A DNA stretch of 64,000 nucleotides, from assembly GCA_034521815.1 (NCBI GenBank), contig JAXHLW010000013.1, positions 512,001 through 576,000 on the forward strand, read 5' to 3'. The number at the start of each line of letters is the position of its first letter. The first letter of the stretch is position 1. The notes beneath the pieces are model-generated. The model was given only the letters and a program-made list of their open reading frames with translations. It was not told the origin of the DNA and made no database searches. Positions 35,071-46,579 of this stretch are shown here, one piece after another. Origin of the DNA: Trueperaceae bacterium. Its GTDB lineage: Bacteria; Deinococcota; Deinococci; Deinococcales; Trueperaceae. The translations under genes and the position numbers were made by a program.

Positions 35071-36564
35071 TCAGTCGATCACGTCGGCGTTCACGACGAG
35101 GAGCAGCTCGGTGTTGTCGTCCTCGACCTCGGTGCTGCCGAACAGCGCTCCGATGATCGGGATATCGCCCAGGATCGGAACGCGACGCTGGGTCTGCGAG
35201 AAGCTGTTCTGCAGAAGCCCGGCGAGCAGGACGGTCTGGCCCTGCCTGAGCGTGACGGTGGAGGAGACCTCGCGGGTCGAGAAGTCGATCCGCTCCGGGA
35301 TCCCGCCCTCGCTGAGCGGAACGAGCACGTCGGACACCTCGGCCGACACGTCGAGAACGACGGTGCCGTCGCTCGAGACGCGGGGCGTGACTTCGATGAT
35401 CACGCCGAACTCGATCGTACGGGTCGCGATCTCGCCGTCGCCGCTCGGGTAGGTGATCTCGATCCGGCCACCGGACTGCATCCGGCCGGTCGCGTTGTTC
35501 AGCACCGTCAGCGTGGTGTCGTCCACGCGGGTCGACAATCCTTGGCTCTCGAGCGCGTCCAGAACGGCCGAGATGTTCAGCTGACTGACCGCCTGCTGCG
35601 CGTCGAAGATGAACTGCAGGCCGGTGCCCAGGACGCTCGCGGCGAAGTTGCCGCTGGCCGCGCCCAGGTTGATGCCGAAGCTGTCGACCGTGCGGCGGTT
35701 CACTTCCTGGATCCGGACCTGGACGTTGACCTGCTGCTGCGGAACGTCCAGCTCGGGGATCAGCTCGGCGATGCTGCGCTGCACCGGGAGCGAGGCGGTC
35801 ACGATGAGGCTGTTCGTGCGGACGTCGGCCACGACGGTGAAGCCGCGCTCGGACGCTCCTTCGCCGTCGGCCGAGGTGGCGCCCGAGACGACGACGTCGC
35901 TGCTCTGCAGCACCTCCGCCAGCTCTTCGGCGTCGGCGTTGCTGAGGGCGTACACGCGCTGCTCGAGCTCGACTTCCTCGGCGGCCGTGTCGAACTCGTT
36001 CAGGACCTCGCGGACCTGAGCATGCTGCTCTTCGGTGCCGAGCACCACGACGCTTCCGACACCGGGAAGCGCCTCGACTTCAATGCCGGCCACGGCGCGC
36101 GACAACAGGGTGACGATCTGGTCGGGCTCGGCGATCACGCGGTAGAAACGCTGCACCACATCGGCGCCGGGCTCCTGCTCGGCGACCTCGGGGGCCGCCG
36201 GGGCCTGCCGCGCCACGAGCGGCGCCAGGGACGCCTCGGTGCCGACGACGACCACGTCGTTCTCCTGCAGGATGAAGTCGAGGTCGTTGAGCGTGAGCAC
36301 CAGGTCCCACACCTGCCGGAACGGCTTCGGATCGCCGATGTCGTACTGGATCAGCGTGTCGGGAACACCGTCCACGATGGGCGTGAGGCCGACGGAGCGG
36401 GCCAGCGCCGACACCATGGTCGAGAGCTGCTCGCCGCCGTTGCTGGTCGAGAACTCGACCGGCTGGTCGAAGCGGGCGTCGTCCGGCAGGGTCCCCGTCT
36501 GAGCGACGGCGACCCCCGCCAGAAGGACGGCCGCGAGGAGCAGAAGGTTCGTGAGTCGTTTCAT
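35071..36564 (-). CDS. pilQ: Type IV pilus / DNA-uptake secretin
   Basis: Signal peptide, DVRTNSLIV, GVIIEVTPRV, VPILGDIPIIGALF secretin signature. Confidence 0.92.
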   Translation of the reverse strand: MKRLTNLLLLAAVLLAGVAVAQTGTLPDDARFDQPVEFSTSNGGEQLSTMVSALARSVGLTPIVDGVPDTLIQYDIGDPKPFRQVWDLVLTLNDLDFILQENDVVVVGTEASLAPLVARQAPAAPEVAEQEPGADVVQRFYRVIAEPDQIVTLLSRAVAGIEVEALPGVGSVVVLGTEEQHAQVREVLNEFDTAAEEVELEQRVYALSNADAEELAEVLQSSDVVVSGATSADGEGASERGFTVVADVRTNSLIVTASLPVQRSIAELIPELDVPQQQVNVQVRIQEVNRRTVDSFGINLGAASGNFAASVLGTGLQFIFDAQQAVSQLNISAVLDALESQGLSTRVDDTTLTVLNNATGRMQSGGRIEITYPSGDGEIATRTIEFGVIIEVTPRVSSDGTVVLDVSAEVSDVLVPLSEGGIPERIDFSTREVSSTVTLRQGQTVLLAGLLQNSFSQTQRRVPILGDIPIIGALFGSTEVEDDNTELLLVVNADVID

Positions 36565-36566
36565 GA

Positions 36567-37742
36567 TCACCGCCTGAGATCCAGATTCAAGACGTGCGTC
36601 GTATCGCCCAACGTGAACTGGGCCGCTTGGCCGCGAAGGTCCGTCAGCACGATGTCGGTGTCGGGCAGGGGCTGCCCGAGCGCCAGGACGATCGGCGAGC
36701 TCGTGCCGTTGACGCGGAACACGCCGACGCCGACGGAGCCGACGACCGAGCCTGTGAACGACACGTTCCGGTCGCGCAGGTACTGCGACAGGGTGTCCGC
36801 GCCGCTGACCAGCGGACGGTCGGGAATCCCGGCGGAAGCCACCTCGCCCGGGGCGAGGGGCGCCGGCTGCGTCGCGCCGTCGGCCGACGCTTCGGCTCCG
36901 CCGATGGGGCGAAGCGTGGGAGCGTCGCCGGGCGTGGACGGCTCGCGGATCACGGCTCGCGCCGAGAGGTCGGGGGGAGCGATCTGGCGCGGCTCCGATC
37001 GGGAGGACGTCAGCACGTCCGGCGCCACCGGCAGCGTGCCACCGGGGAGTGCGCGCGGAAGCGAGGTGGTGCGGGGCGAAGCGGGTGCCAGGGCGGACGG
37101 TGCCGGAGCACGGGGCGCCTGCGGGGCGGCCTCCACGGTCTGGACCTCGGGGGCGCTCGGGACCTCGACGTCGACCACCTCGGGCGAGGCGGGCTCGGCC
37201 GGAGGCGCGGCGGCTTGCGCCGGCTCCTGCACGACGATGGGGGAGAACGGGTTCACGCTGGCGCGCGTTCCGAACCCGGGCCGAGCCGCGCCAGAGGCGG
37301 CGGCCTCCGCTTCGGCCTCGGTCGCGGCCGCGACCGCTGGCGGCTCCGTGATCAGGAAGGGGAGCTCCGCGACGACGACGTCGCGTCCGACGACGTCCAC
37401 GTCGGCCGGCGCGACGACGGTGGGCGGTCCTGCCTCGCTCCCTGGTGCCGCTTGCGCACCAGCGTCGTCGGTAGCGTCGGTCGCGTCGGCGGTCGCGCTC
37501 GGGGTCGGTGGCGTCGGCAGTGGCGTCGCGTCGCCGTCCACCGTGACACCGTCCGCGCCGTCACCGTCCGCGCCGTCGCCGATCACGGCATCACCGTCCG
37601 CCGGCGTCGCGGGCGCCTCGACCGTGGGCGCACCGATGGGCGGCGTGTCCGGGGTCTCGGCGAAGAAGTTGATCCACACGAACGCGGCGGCCGCCACGAG
37701 AAGCAGCGCGATCAGGATGCGTGCGGTACGAGAGAGCGTCAC
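36567..37742 (-). CDS. Membrane-anchored Pro/Ala-rich pilus/competence protein (Thermus PilW-like position)
   Basis: N-terminal TM, long low-complexity linker, NPF motif, small C-terminal beta domain; lies between pilO and pilQ. Confidence 0.65.
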   Translation of the reverse strand: MTLSRTARILIALLLVAAAAFVWINFFAETPDTPPIGAPTVEAPATPADGDAVIGDGADGDGADGVTVDGDATPLPTPPTPSATADATDATDDAGAQAAPGSEAGPPTVVAPADVDVVGRDVVVAELPFLITEPPAVAAATEAEAEAAASGAARPGFGTRASVNPFSPIVVQEPAQAAAPPAEPASPEVVDVEVPSAPEVQTVEAAPQAPRAPAPSALAPASPRTTSLPRALPGGTLPVAPDVLTSSRSEPRQIAPPDLSARAVIREPSTPGDAPTLRPIGGAEASADGATQPAPLAPGEVASAGIPDRPLVSGADTLSQYLRDRNVSFTGSVVGSVGVGVFRVNGTSSPIVLALGQPLPDTDIVLTDLRGQAAQFTLGDTTHVLNLDLRR

Positions 37743-38332
37743 GGTCGCACCTCCGACTCGCCTGGGTCGTCGCCCGTGAAGACGTACACGGTGAATCCGA
37801 AGTTGGCGTTCAGGGGCGGATCGTCGACCTGCTCGGAGACGGACAGCTGCACCTGGTTGATCTTGGTGAAGCGCTGGAGCGTCTCGAGCGTGGAGAGGAA
37901 CTCCATCGTCTCCACGAACGTACCGGACGTGGCCATCGAGAAGCCGATGGGGCGGACGTCCTGGATGTTCTCGCCGCCGCCGCCCTGACCGAGGCTGTTC
38001 ACGATCACGTCGGCGTCGGACGCGGAGAGGCGCAGCGAATCGAGCAGATCGGCGACGTCGCTCTCGGTGGGGAGCTCCGCGAGGAACTCGCGGCGGTCCT
38101 GCTCGAGCTCGGCGACGGCGAGCCTCAGAGCGGGCAGGTTGCGCCTGGCCGCTTCGCCCCGCTCGATCTGCGTGTCGAGGCGGGCGATCTCGTCCTCGAG
38201 CTGCGTGATCGTCTCCTGCGTGGGTCGGTACATGAACCAGTACCACAGCCCCGCGGCGACGACCGAGAGCACGATGAAGATGATCGCCCAGTCGCGCTGC
38301 CGAAGACGGGAGAGGGAGAATCGCGACGTCAT
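37739..38332 (-). CDS. pilO: Type IV pilus assembly protein PilO
   Basis: TM plus coiled coil, LPTESDVADLL, GTF...FL..LE; gene order. Confidence 0.85.
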   Translation of the reverse strand: MTSRFSLSRLRQRDWAIIFIVLSVVAAGLWYWFMYRPTQETITQLEDEIARLDTQIERGEAARRNLPALRLAVAELEQDRREFLAELPTESDVADLLDSLRLSASDADVIVNSLGQGGGGENIQDVRPIGFSMATSGTFVETMEFLSTLETLQRFTKINQVQLSVSEQVDDPPLNANFGFTVYVFTGDDPGESEVRP

Positions 38333-38961
38333 GGCGACGCCTCGCTTCCGTCACCGATGGCGCCGACGGTGAGGCTGTAGCCGTAGAGGGCGTCGAGCCC
38401 CTCCTCGCCGTCCTGACGGCTGGCGTTCTGGAACAGCACGCCGAAGTCGGAGGACGTCTCGAGGTTCCGTACGAACGAGGCGAGCACCTCGAGATCTTCC
38501 ACGTTCCCTCCGATCGACAGCTCGGCCACGATGGGGGCGCCCTCGTAGCGGGCCGGGTCGGACTGGGGCGGGACCACGGAGCGCATGCTCAGGTTCCGGA
38601 AGTCGATCGTCGGGCGCGGACCGCCGCCCTGCCCCGGAAGGGTCTCGAGCAGCGAGACGATCTCGCCGGTCCAGACGATGCGGTTCTCACGGACGGCGTC
38701 GGCGACGGCGATCAGCTCGTTCAGCTGCCGCTGGCGTGCCTGCAGCGCTTCCTGCTCGTCGAGGAACGGGCGCAGCAGGGCCAGCTGTTCCTGGCGGGCC
38801 TGCACGTCACGTTCCAGGTTCTGCGTCGTCTGCCAGGCCAGGTACTGGACCACGAACACGACGCCGAACACGAGCAGGGGAACCATCACGGCCAGCAGGC
38901 GCCAGTACCCCGGCTCGCGCACGCGCTGAAGATTCTTCGGAAGTAGGTTGACGTTAATCAA
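38329..38961 (-). CDS. pilN: Type IV pilus assembly protein PilN
   Basis: INVNLLP N-terminal motif plus TM plus coiled coil; TTG start. Confidence 0.88.
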   Translation of the reverse strand: MINVNLLPKNLQRVREPGYWRLLAVMVPLLVFGVVFVVQYLAWQTTQNLERDVQARQEQLALLRPFLDEQEALQARQRQLNELIAVADAVRENRIVWTGEIVSLLETLPGQGGGPRPTIDFRNLSMRSVVPPQSDPARYEGAPIVAELSIGGNVEDLEVLASFVRNLETSSDFGVLFQNASRQDGEEGLDALYGYSLTVGAIGDGSEASP

Positions 38962-40141
38962 GGCCGCGCACCCCCCGAAGGGCCAGGCCCAGCGCGACCG
39001 ACAGCTCGGGGCCGACCTTGTCCAGGTACTGCTCGTCGAAGTTGCGCTCGTCGACGGTGACGCTCAGCCACGGGTCGCCGACCTCGACGCGGAAGCCCAG
39101 GGCGTCGCCGATCGCTTCGGACAGGCCGCGGAGCTTGGAGCCGCCGCCGGTCGCGAGCATTCGGTTGATCGTGGCGTCGCCGGTCTGGACGCGGAAGAAC
39201 TCGAGGCTGCGCCGGATCTCGGTGGTGAGATCGACCAGGACGGGCCGGAGCGCCTCGTACACGCGGCTAGGGCTGAACTGTTCGCGTTTGGCGTCGAAGT
39301 TGAGCAGCTCCTCTTCGTCCTCGGTCGGGATGGTCGCGGTGCCGTACTCGAGCTTGACCTCCTCGGCACTGTCGAAGTCCAGGCCGAAGCTGCGCTGCAC
39401 GGCGGCGGTGAAGTCGTCGCCGGACACGCCGATGTTCCGGTTCATCAGCACGCGGTCGCCTCGGACCAGCGTGATGGTGGTGGAGGTGGCGGCGATCTCG
39501 AGCACGACGCCGACCTCGTTGCCTTCGGTATAGCCGGCGCGGGTCAGCGTGACCTTGTTCAGGTGCTCTCCGAGCAACGCTCCCTTGAGGGAGCGGAGCA
39601 ACGCGAACGGCTTGACGTCGATCACGACCGGCTCGAGTCCGGCGAGCTTCAGGTACTCGACCTGCTGCGTGACGAGGTCCAAGCGCGCGGCGGCGATGAC
39701 CACCTCGAGCTGGCCGCCCTCTTCGATGTCGTCGGGGTTGTCCAGGACGTAGTAGTCCAGCACGACCTCGTCGATGGCGAACGGGATGTAGCGCTCTGCT
39801 TCCCACTTGATCGCCTCGTCGAGCTCTTGCAGCGACATCTTGGGGACGTGAATGTTACGGGTGATCGCCTGGCGGTTGCCGACGGCGGTCACCACGTAGC
39901 GCGTCGAGATGCCGGCCTCGTTGAACAAGGCCTTGATCTCGTCGGCCAGGCCTTGCGGGTCGACGACCTGATCCTCCTGGACGAGGCCAGGGGGCATGGG
40001 ACGCACCGCGAGGGTGGACAGGCTGGGCGGGCTGCCAGCGCGAAGCTCGACGACCTTGAGGTTGGCGGTACCTACCTCGAGGCCGACCGCTTCGATCTTC
40101 GGGCTGAGCAAGCGCGAGAATCGGTCGCGCAACGAGGCCAT
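38954..40141 (-). CDS. pilM: Type IV pilus assembly protein PilM
   Basis: VGLEVG..LKVVEL, IKWEAERYIPF, EIRRSLEFF, TGGGSKL, VALGLALR; SD GGAGGAG. Confidence 0.93.
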   Translation of the reverse strand: MASLRDRFSRLLSPKIEAVGLEVGTANLKVVELRAGSPPSLSTLAVRPMPPGLVQEDQVVDPQGLADEIKALFNEAGISTRYVVTAVGNRQAITRNIHVPKMSLQELDEAIKWEAERYIPFAIDEVVLDYYVLDNPDDIEEGGQLEVVIAAARLDLVTQQVEYLKLAGLEPVVIDVKPFALLRSLKGALLGEHLNKVTLTRAGYTEGNEVGVVLEIAATSTTITLVRGDRVLMNRNIGVSGDDFTAAVQRSFGLDFDSAEEVKLEYGTATIPTEDEEELLNFDAKREQFSPSRVYEALRPVLVDLTTEIRRSLEFFRVQTGDATINRMLATGGGSKLRGLSEAIGDALGFRVEVGDPWLSVTVDERNFDEQYLDKVGPELSVALGLALRGVRGLD

Positions 40142-40237
40142 GATGACTCCTCCCACAGATTCTCTAGGGAGGCTAGCATGGTGCGATCGAGGCGATTGGT
40201 GAAAAACCCCCGCCCCACGCGCGTTCGCCGCGTCGGC

Positions 40238-42142
<1,905 letters not shown>

Positions 42143-42196
42143 GATCCGAGTGTATCCCCGCCGGGACCGACCGGACGGTGTGCCCGCGCCCGAGCC

Positions 42197-43543
42197 CTAC
42201 GGCGCGCCGCGCGCCAGGTCGTTGAAGCGCACGTGAGCGCCGTGGAACTGCAGGTCGACCGCGCCGACCGGCCCGTTGCGCTGCTTGCCGATCAGGATCT
42301 CCGCGATGCCCTGCTTCTCGGAGTGGGGATCGTAGTACTCGTCGCGGTAGATGAACATCACCAGGTCGGCGTCCTGCTCGATCGCTCCCGACTCGCGCAG
42401 GTCGGACAGCATCGGCCGCTTGTTCGGCCGACTCTCGACCGCGCGCGACAGCTGCGAGAGCACCAGGACGGGCACGTCCAGCTCGCGAGCCAGCGCCTTC
42501 AGGCCGCGCGAGATGCTGCTGATCTCCTGCTGGCGGTTCTCGGAGCCGAAGCGGCCGGCGGTGTGACCCGACATCAGCTGCAGGTAGTCGACCACGATCA
42601 GCCCCAGGTCGTGCTCCGCCATCAGCCTTCGCGACCGGCTGCGCAGCTCCATCACCGTCATGTCGGCGTGATCGTCGATGAAGATCTTGGCCTCGCTCAT
42701 CCGTCCCGCGGTGTCGGCCAGGCGCTGGAAGTCGCGATCGGTGAGCTGACCGTTGCGGACACGGCTCATGTCGACCCGCGCCTCGCTGCAGATCATGCGC
42801 GTGACGAGCTGAACCCCCGACATCTCCAGACTGAACAGCCCGACCGTCTTCTTCTCGCGGAGCGCCACGTTCAGGGCGATCGACAACGCCAGCGCCGTCT
42901 TGCCCATGCTGGGCCGCGCAGCCAGGACGTTCAGGCTGGAGGGCTGCAGCCCGGCGGTCAGCTGGTCGAGCTCCTTGAATCCCGTTCGGATGCCCGAGAC
43001 CGGATTGGGGTTCGCGAACAGCTCGTTGATGTGAGCGAACGTCTCGGTGACCAGCTCGCTCATCGAGCCGAACCCGTCGGACCGCTTGCTGCTGGCCAGC
43101 TCGAAGATGGCCTTCTCGGAGGCGTCCAGCACCTCCTCGAGCGGCATCGACTGGTCGTACGCGGTCTGCATGATCTGTCCGCTAGCGGAGATCAGGTCCC
43201 TGAGCACCGCCTTCTCGGTGACGATGCGGGCGTAGCTCTCGGCGTACGCGGCGGTGGGCACGCCGTCGGCCAGGCCGATCAGGTACGGGACGTTGCCGAC
43301 CTCGTCGAGCTCGCTGCTCTGGCGCAGCTCCTCGGTGAGGGTGACGAGGTCGATCGGGTCTCCGCGATGGAACAGGCGCTCCATGCCCCGGAACACCTTG
43401 CGGTGTCCCTCCTTGTAGAAGTGCTCCGCGCGGAGCGTGCCCTCGAGGGTGGCGTACACCTCGTTGTCGAGAAGGATGCTGCCGAGCACGCTCTGCTCGG
43501 CGTCGAGGTTCTGCGGGGGGGTCCGGCTCTCCACGGCGGTCAT
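42197..43543 (-). CDS. dnaB: Replicative DNA helicase
   Basis: PPQNLDAEQSVLG, AARPSMGKT, DYLQLM, LSDLRESGAIEQDAD, KQRNGP; no intein. Confidence 0.98.
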   Translation of the reverse strand: MTAVESRTPPQNLDAEQSVLGSILLDNEVYATLEGTLRAEHFYKEGHRKVFRGMERLFHRGDPIDLVTLTEELRQSSELDEVGNVPYLIGLADGVPTAAYAESYARIVTEKAVLRDLISASGQIMQTAYDQSMPLEEVLDASEKAIFELASSKRSDGFGSMSELVTETFAHINELFANPNPVSGIRTGFKELDQLTAGLQPSSLNVLAARPSMGKTALALSIALNVALREKKTVGLFSLEMSGVQLVTRMICSEARVDMSRVRNGQLTDRDFQRLADTAGRMSEAKIFIDDHADMTVMELRSRSRRLMAEHDLGLIVVDYLQLMSGHTAGRFGSENRQQEISSISRGLKALARELDVPVLVLSQLSRAVESRPNKRPMLSDLRESGAIEQDADLVMFIYRDEYYDPHSEKQGIAEILIGKQRNGPVGAVDLQFHGAHVRFNDLARGAP

Positions 43544-43626
43544 CGTACCTGCGCGGCGGTCGGGCGGGTCGGCGGCTGCGCGTCACGTACCCGGGCGCGC
43601 CGGGCCCGGCCGGTACACTGTCGACG

Positions 43627-45309
43627 ATGACGCCGCTCTGGATGGTCCTCGTGTCGCTGGTCGCAGGCTGGGCGATCGGCTCGGCGCCGCTGGGCGCGTG
43701 GTGGATCCGCCGTGCCGCGGGGCGCGATCCGCGCGACCTGAACCCGTCCCTGCTGGGCGTCGAGAACGTGTTCCGGCTGCTCGGACCGCCCGTCGCGGCG
43801 GTCGGCTTCATCCTCGACGTGCTCAAGGGCGCGGTGGCGGTGGTGATCGCGCCCGCGGCCGGCGCGGCGGCGGTGGGCGTCCTGGCGGGCCACGTCCTTC
43901 CGCCCCCCTGGCCCGGCGACGCGCGCGCCCCGCGAGGCCGCGGCAACGGCGTGCTGGCGGGGGCGCTGACGGCGCTGGTCGCTGCGGGCGACATGCCGTT
44001 CCTGGCGGCGGGCGCGGGGGCGGCCGTGTACGCCGCGGCGTTGGCGCAGTGGGGGTTCGCGACGCCGGCGACGCTGCTGGGGCTGCTGACGATGCTGATG
44101 TGGCCCGGTGCCCCCGTGGGCGTCTCCGCGGGCTGGCTGGCGCTGTTGACGGTGCGCGGCCTTCCGTCGCTGGCGCGCATCGCGGACGGCACCGAGCCAC
44201 GGCTGGGCGATCCTCCCCCGGTGCGGGGTCTGGCACCGGGCCGGGTGCGCGCGGCGTTCATGATCCATCCGATGACGCTGGACGACATCTGGCAGGTCCC
44301 GAGCCAGCGCTGGGTGCATCTCCTTCACCGGCGGGGCTGGCTGCCCGAGCCCGCGCTTCGGCGGGTCTTGCCGTGGCTGCGTCCCCAGCTCCACGGGATC
44401 GTGCGCGGCGTCGAGCTGGCCGACGGACGGACGCTGGAGGTGGTGCTGATCGGCGGTCCGATGCTTCCCGACCAGATCCGCGCCGACCCGGCGACGGCGA
44501 CCCGAATGGCGATCCGGGGCGCCCAGCTGGCCCGCGAGATGGGCGCCGAGGCGTTCGGTCTGGGCGCGTTCTGGTCCACGGTGGGCGACAAGGGACGGAG
44601 GGTCCAGGAGGCGGTGCCGGACCTGCCCGTCACGCACGGTGGCAGCTACACCGCCGCGACCGTCGGAGCGGCGATCCCCGGTCTGCTGGAGCGGTTCCGC
44701 GAGGAGGGCGGGACCTTGGCGCGCAGCACCGCCGCGGTCGTGGGCGCCAACGGCGTGGTCGCGTTCGGCGTCGCGCGCACGCTGGCGGAGCACGTCGGCG
44801 AGCTGATCCTGATCGGGACCGATCCGGTTCGCCTGGAACGGAGCGCCGCGACGCTACGGCACAAGCATCCGACGCTGGAGGTCCGCACCTCGACCGACCC
44901 GGCGGACGTGGCTGCGGCCGACCTGGTGTTCACGGCCACCAGCGATCCGGGCGTCGTCATCCGGCCGGAGCATGTCCGGCCGGGCGCCTGGATCTACGAT
45001 CTGGGTCGTCCGGCCGACGTCGATCCCGCCGTCCGCGAGGTGCCCGGCGTGCAGCTCGTGCCCGGCGGCGTGGTTCGGCCGCCCGGGCGAAGCGTGAGCG
45101 ACCTGGACCTGCACTTCGGCGACGGGCTGGTGCCCGCCTGCCTGGCGGAGACGATGATCCTGGCGGCCAGCGGCGAGCCGCACCGCGCCAAGACCGGTGG
45201 CACGGCCCGGGCGGCCGACGTGGCCTGGTTCCTGCAGGAGGGGCAGCGCCTGGGGTTCGAGATCGTGACGCGCGACGACCGGGTGGTGCGCGCCGAGGTC
45301 GTGCCTTGA
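43627..45309 (+). CDS. PlsY-like membrane domain fused to an acyl-ACP-reductase-like NAD(P)-binding domain
   Basis: N-terminus: GSAP, LDVLKG, LAGHVLP, GTEPRLG; C-terminus: AFMIHP, GLGAFWSTVG, THGGSYTA, VVGANG, DLGRP, PACLAETM. Confidence 0.7.
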   Translation: MTPLWMVLVSLVAGWAIGSAPLGAWWIRRAAGRDPRDLNPSLLGVENVFRLLGPPVAAVGFILDVLKGAVAVVIAPAAGAAAVGVLAGHVLPPPWPGDARAPRGRGNGVLAGALTALVAAGDMPFLAAGAGAAVYAAALAQWGFATPATLLGLLTMLMWPGAPVGVSAGWLALLTVRGLPSLARIADGTEPRLGDPPPVRGLAPGRVRAAFMIHPMTLDDIWQVPSQRWVHLLHRRGWLPEPALRRVLPWLRPQLHGIVRGVELADGRTLEVVLIGGPMLPDQIRADPATATRMAIRGAQLAREMGAEAFGLGAFWSTVGDKGRRVQEAVPDLPVTHGGSYTAATVGAAIPGLLERFREEGGTLARSTAAVVGANGVVAFGVARTLAEHVGELILIGTDPVRLERSAATLRHKHPTLEVRTSTDPADVAAADLVFTATSDPGVVIRPEHVRPGAWIYDLGRPADVDPAVREVPGVQLVPGGVVRPPGRSVSDLDLHFGDGLVPACLAETMILAASGEPHRAKTGGTARAADVAWFLQEGQRLGFEIVTRDDRVVRAEVVP

Positions 45310-45349
45310 CGGGTCCTGCCTCGAGCGGGCCGCCTCCGAAGGCGGCCCC

Positions 45350-46129
45350 ATGAAAGCGTTCCGGTTCGCCGGCGATCTGGAGGCCGATCCTCCGGCGGCG
45401 GCCGCGCTGTGGGCGGCGGGGTGCCGCGGGATGCAGCAGGAGGGCGAGGAGATCGTCGCCTGGTTCGACGACGAGCGGGCGCTGCCGGTGCGCGGCCGCT
45501 GGGAGGAGGCGGACGACACCGACTGGGTGGCCAGCTACTTCGCCGGCCTGAAGCCGGTGCGGCTCACCACCTTGGTGGTCGCGCCCACCCACGCGGAGGT
45601 GGCGCTGACGGCGGGGCAGAAGCCGCTGTGGCTGGATCCCGGCATGGCGTTCGGCACCGGCCACCACGAGACGACGCGCATGGCGCTGTCGCGACTGGAA
45701 CGGGCGGAGCTGACCGGAGCACGCGTGCTGGACGTCGGGGCGGGGTCGGGGATCCTGGCCATCGCGGCGGACCTGTTGGGCGCGGCGTCGGCGCTGGGTG
45801 TCGACGTCGATCCTGCGACGCTGCCGGTGGCCGCGGAGAACGCCCGGCTGAACAGGTCGCGGGCACGTTTCGAGCTGGCCACCGTGGACCGGGCGCGACC
45901 CGAGCAGCGCTGCGACGTGCTGGTCGCGAACCTGTTCGCCGAGCTCCATGCCGAGCTCGCCGGCGAGTACGCGGCGGTGCTCGCACCGGGAGGCGCAGCG
46001 TTTCTGACGGGCATCCTGGACGATCGGGCCGACCTGGTCGAGGCGGCGCTGCCGGCCTCGCTGCGCCTGCTGGCCAGCGAGGCCGACGGCCCGTGGCGCC
46101 TGATGGCGCTGCAGCGGGTCGGATCGTGA
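45350..46129 (+). CDS. prmA: Ribosomal protein L11 methyltransferase
   Basis: LDPGMAFGTGHHETT, VLDVGAGSGILAIAA, VANL. Confidence 0.95.
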   Translation: MKAFRFAGDLEADPPAAAALWAAGCRGMQQEGEEIVAWFDDERALPVRGRWEEADDTDWVASYFAGLKPVRLTTLVVAPTHAEVALTAGQKPLWLDPGMAFGTGHHETTRMALSRLERAELTGARVLDVGAGSGILAIAADLLGAASALGVDVDPATLPVAAENARLNRSRARFELATVDRARPEQRCDVLVANLFAELHAELAGEYAAVLAPGGAAFLTGILDDRADLVEAALPASLRLLASEADGPWRLMALQRVGS

Positions 46130-46542
46130 GGTCGCACGTGGGCAGGACCGTGGCACGCTGGCTGGCCCTGGCGCTGGTGGCGGCCAGCTCCGCCTGCACG
46201 CCGCTGTACCTTCCGCCGGTCCCGCAGCAGCTGCCCACGCTGGAGACGCGCCTCCGCTTGCGCGATGTGCGCGTCGACCGGCTGGGCGGCCAGCCTGCGC
46301 TGGCGTTCGTCGCTGCCGAGGTGCCCACGCCGGGGTGGGCGGCCGTGCAGTGGTTCCCGCCCAGCGGGGGCGAGGTGGCGTCGGCCAGCGTGTGGCTGGA
46401 CGAAGCGTCGCTGGGCAGGGTGACGCGCGTTCCGTTCCCGGACGACGTCGCCCGCGAGCGTCCCGGCCGCTGGCGGGCGGTGCTGTCGTTCGGCGACCGC
46501 ATCGTCCGTCAGCTCGAATGGGACGAGCCCGCCGGACCGTAG
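46126..46542 (+). CDS. Hypothetical lipoprotein
   Basis: Hydrophobic leader with lipobox-like SSA|C; overlaps prmA stop; start uncertain. Confidence 0.6.
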   Translation: MRSHVGRTVARWLALALVAASSACTPLYLPPVPQQLPTLETRLRLRDVRVDRLGGQPALAFVAAEVPTPGWAAVQWFPPSGGEVASASVWLDEASLGRVTRVPFPDDVARERPGRWRAVLSFGDRIVRQLEWDEPAGP

Positions 46543-46579
46543 CGGTCGGGCGGGCTCGTGACGGACGGATCGTCGGACG

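Noticed and set aside
42197-43543. Intein in DnaB
   Set aside because: 448 aa with contiguous helicase motifs; no insertion.
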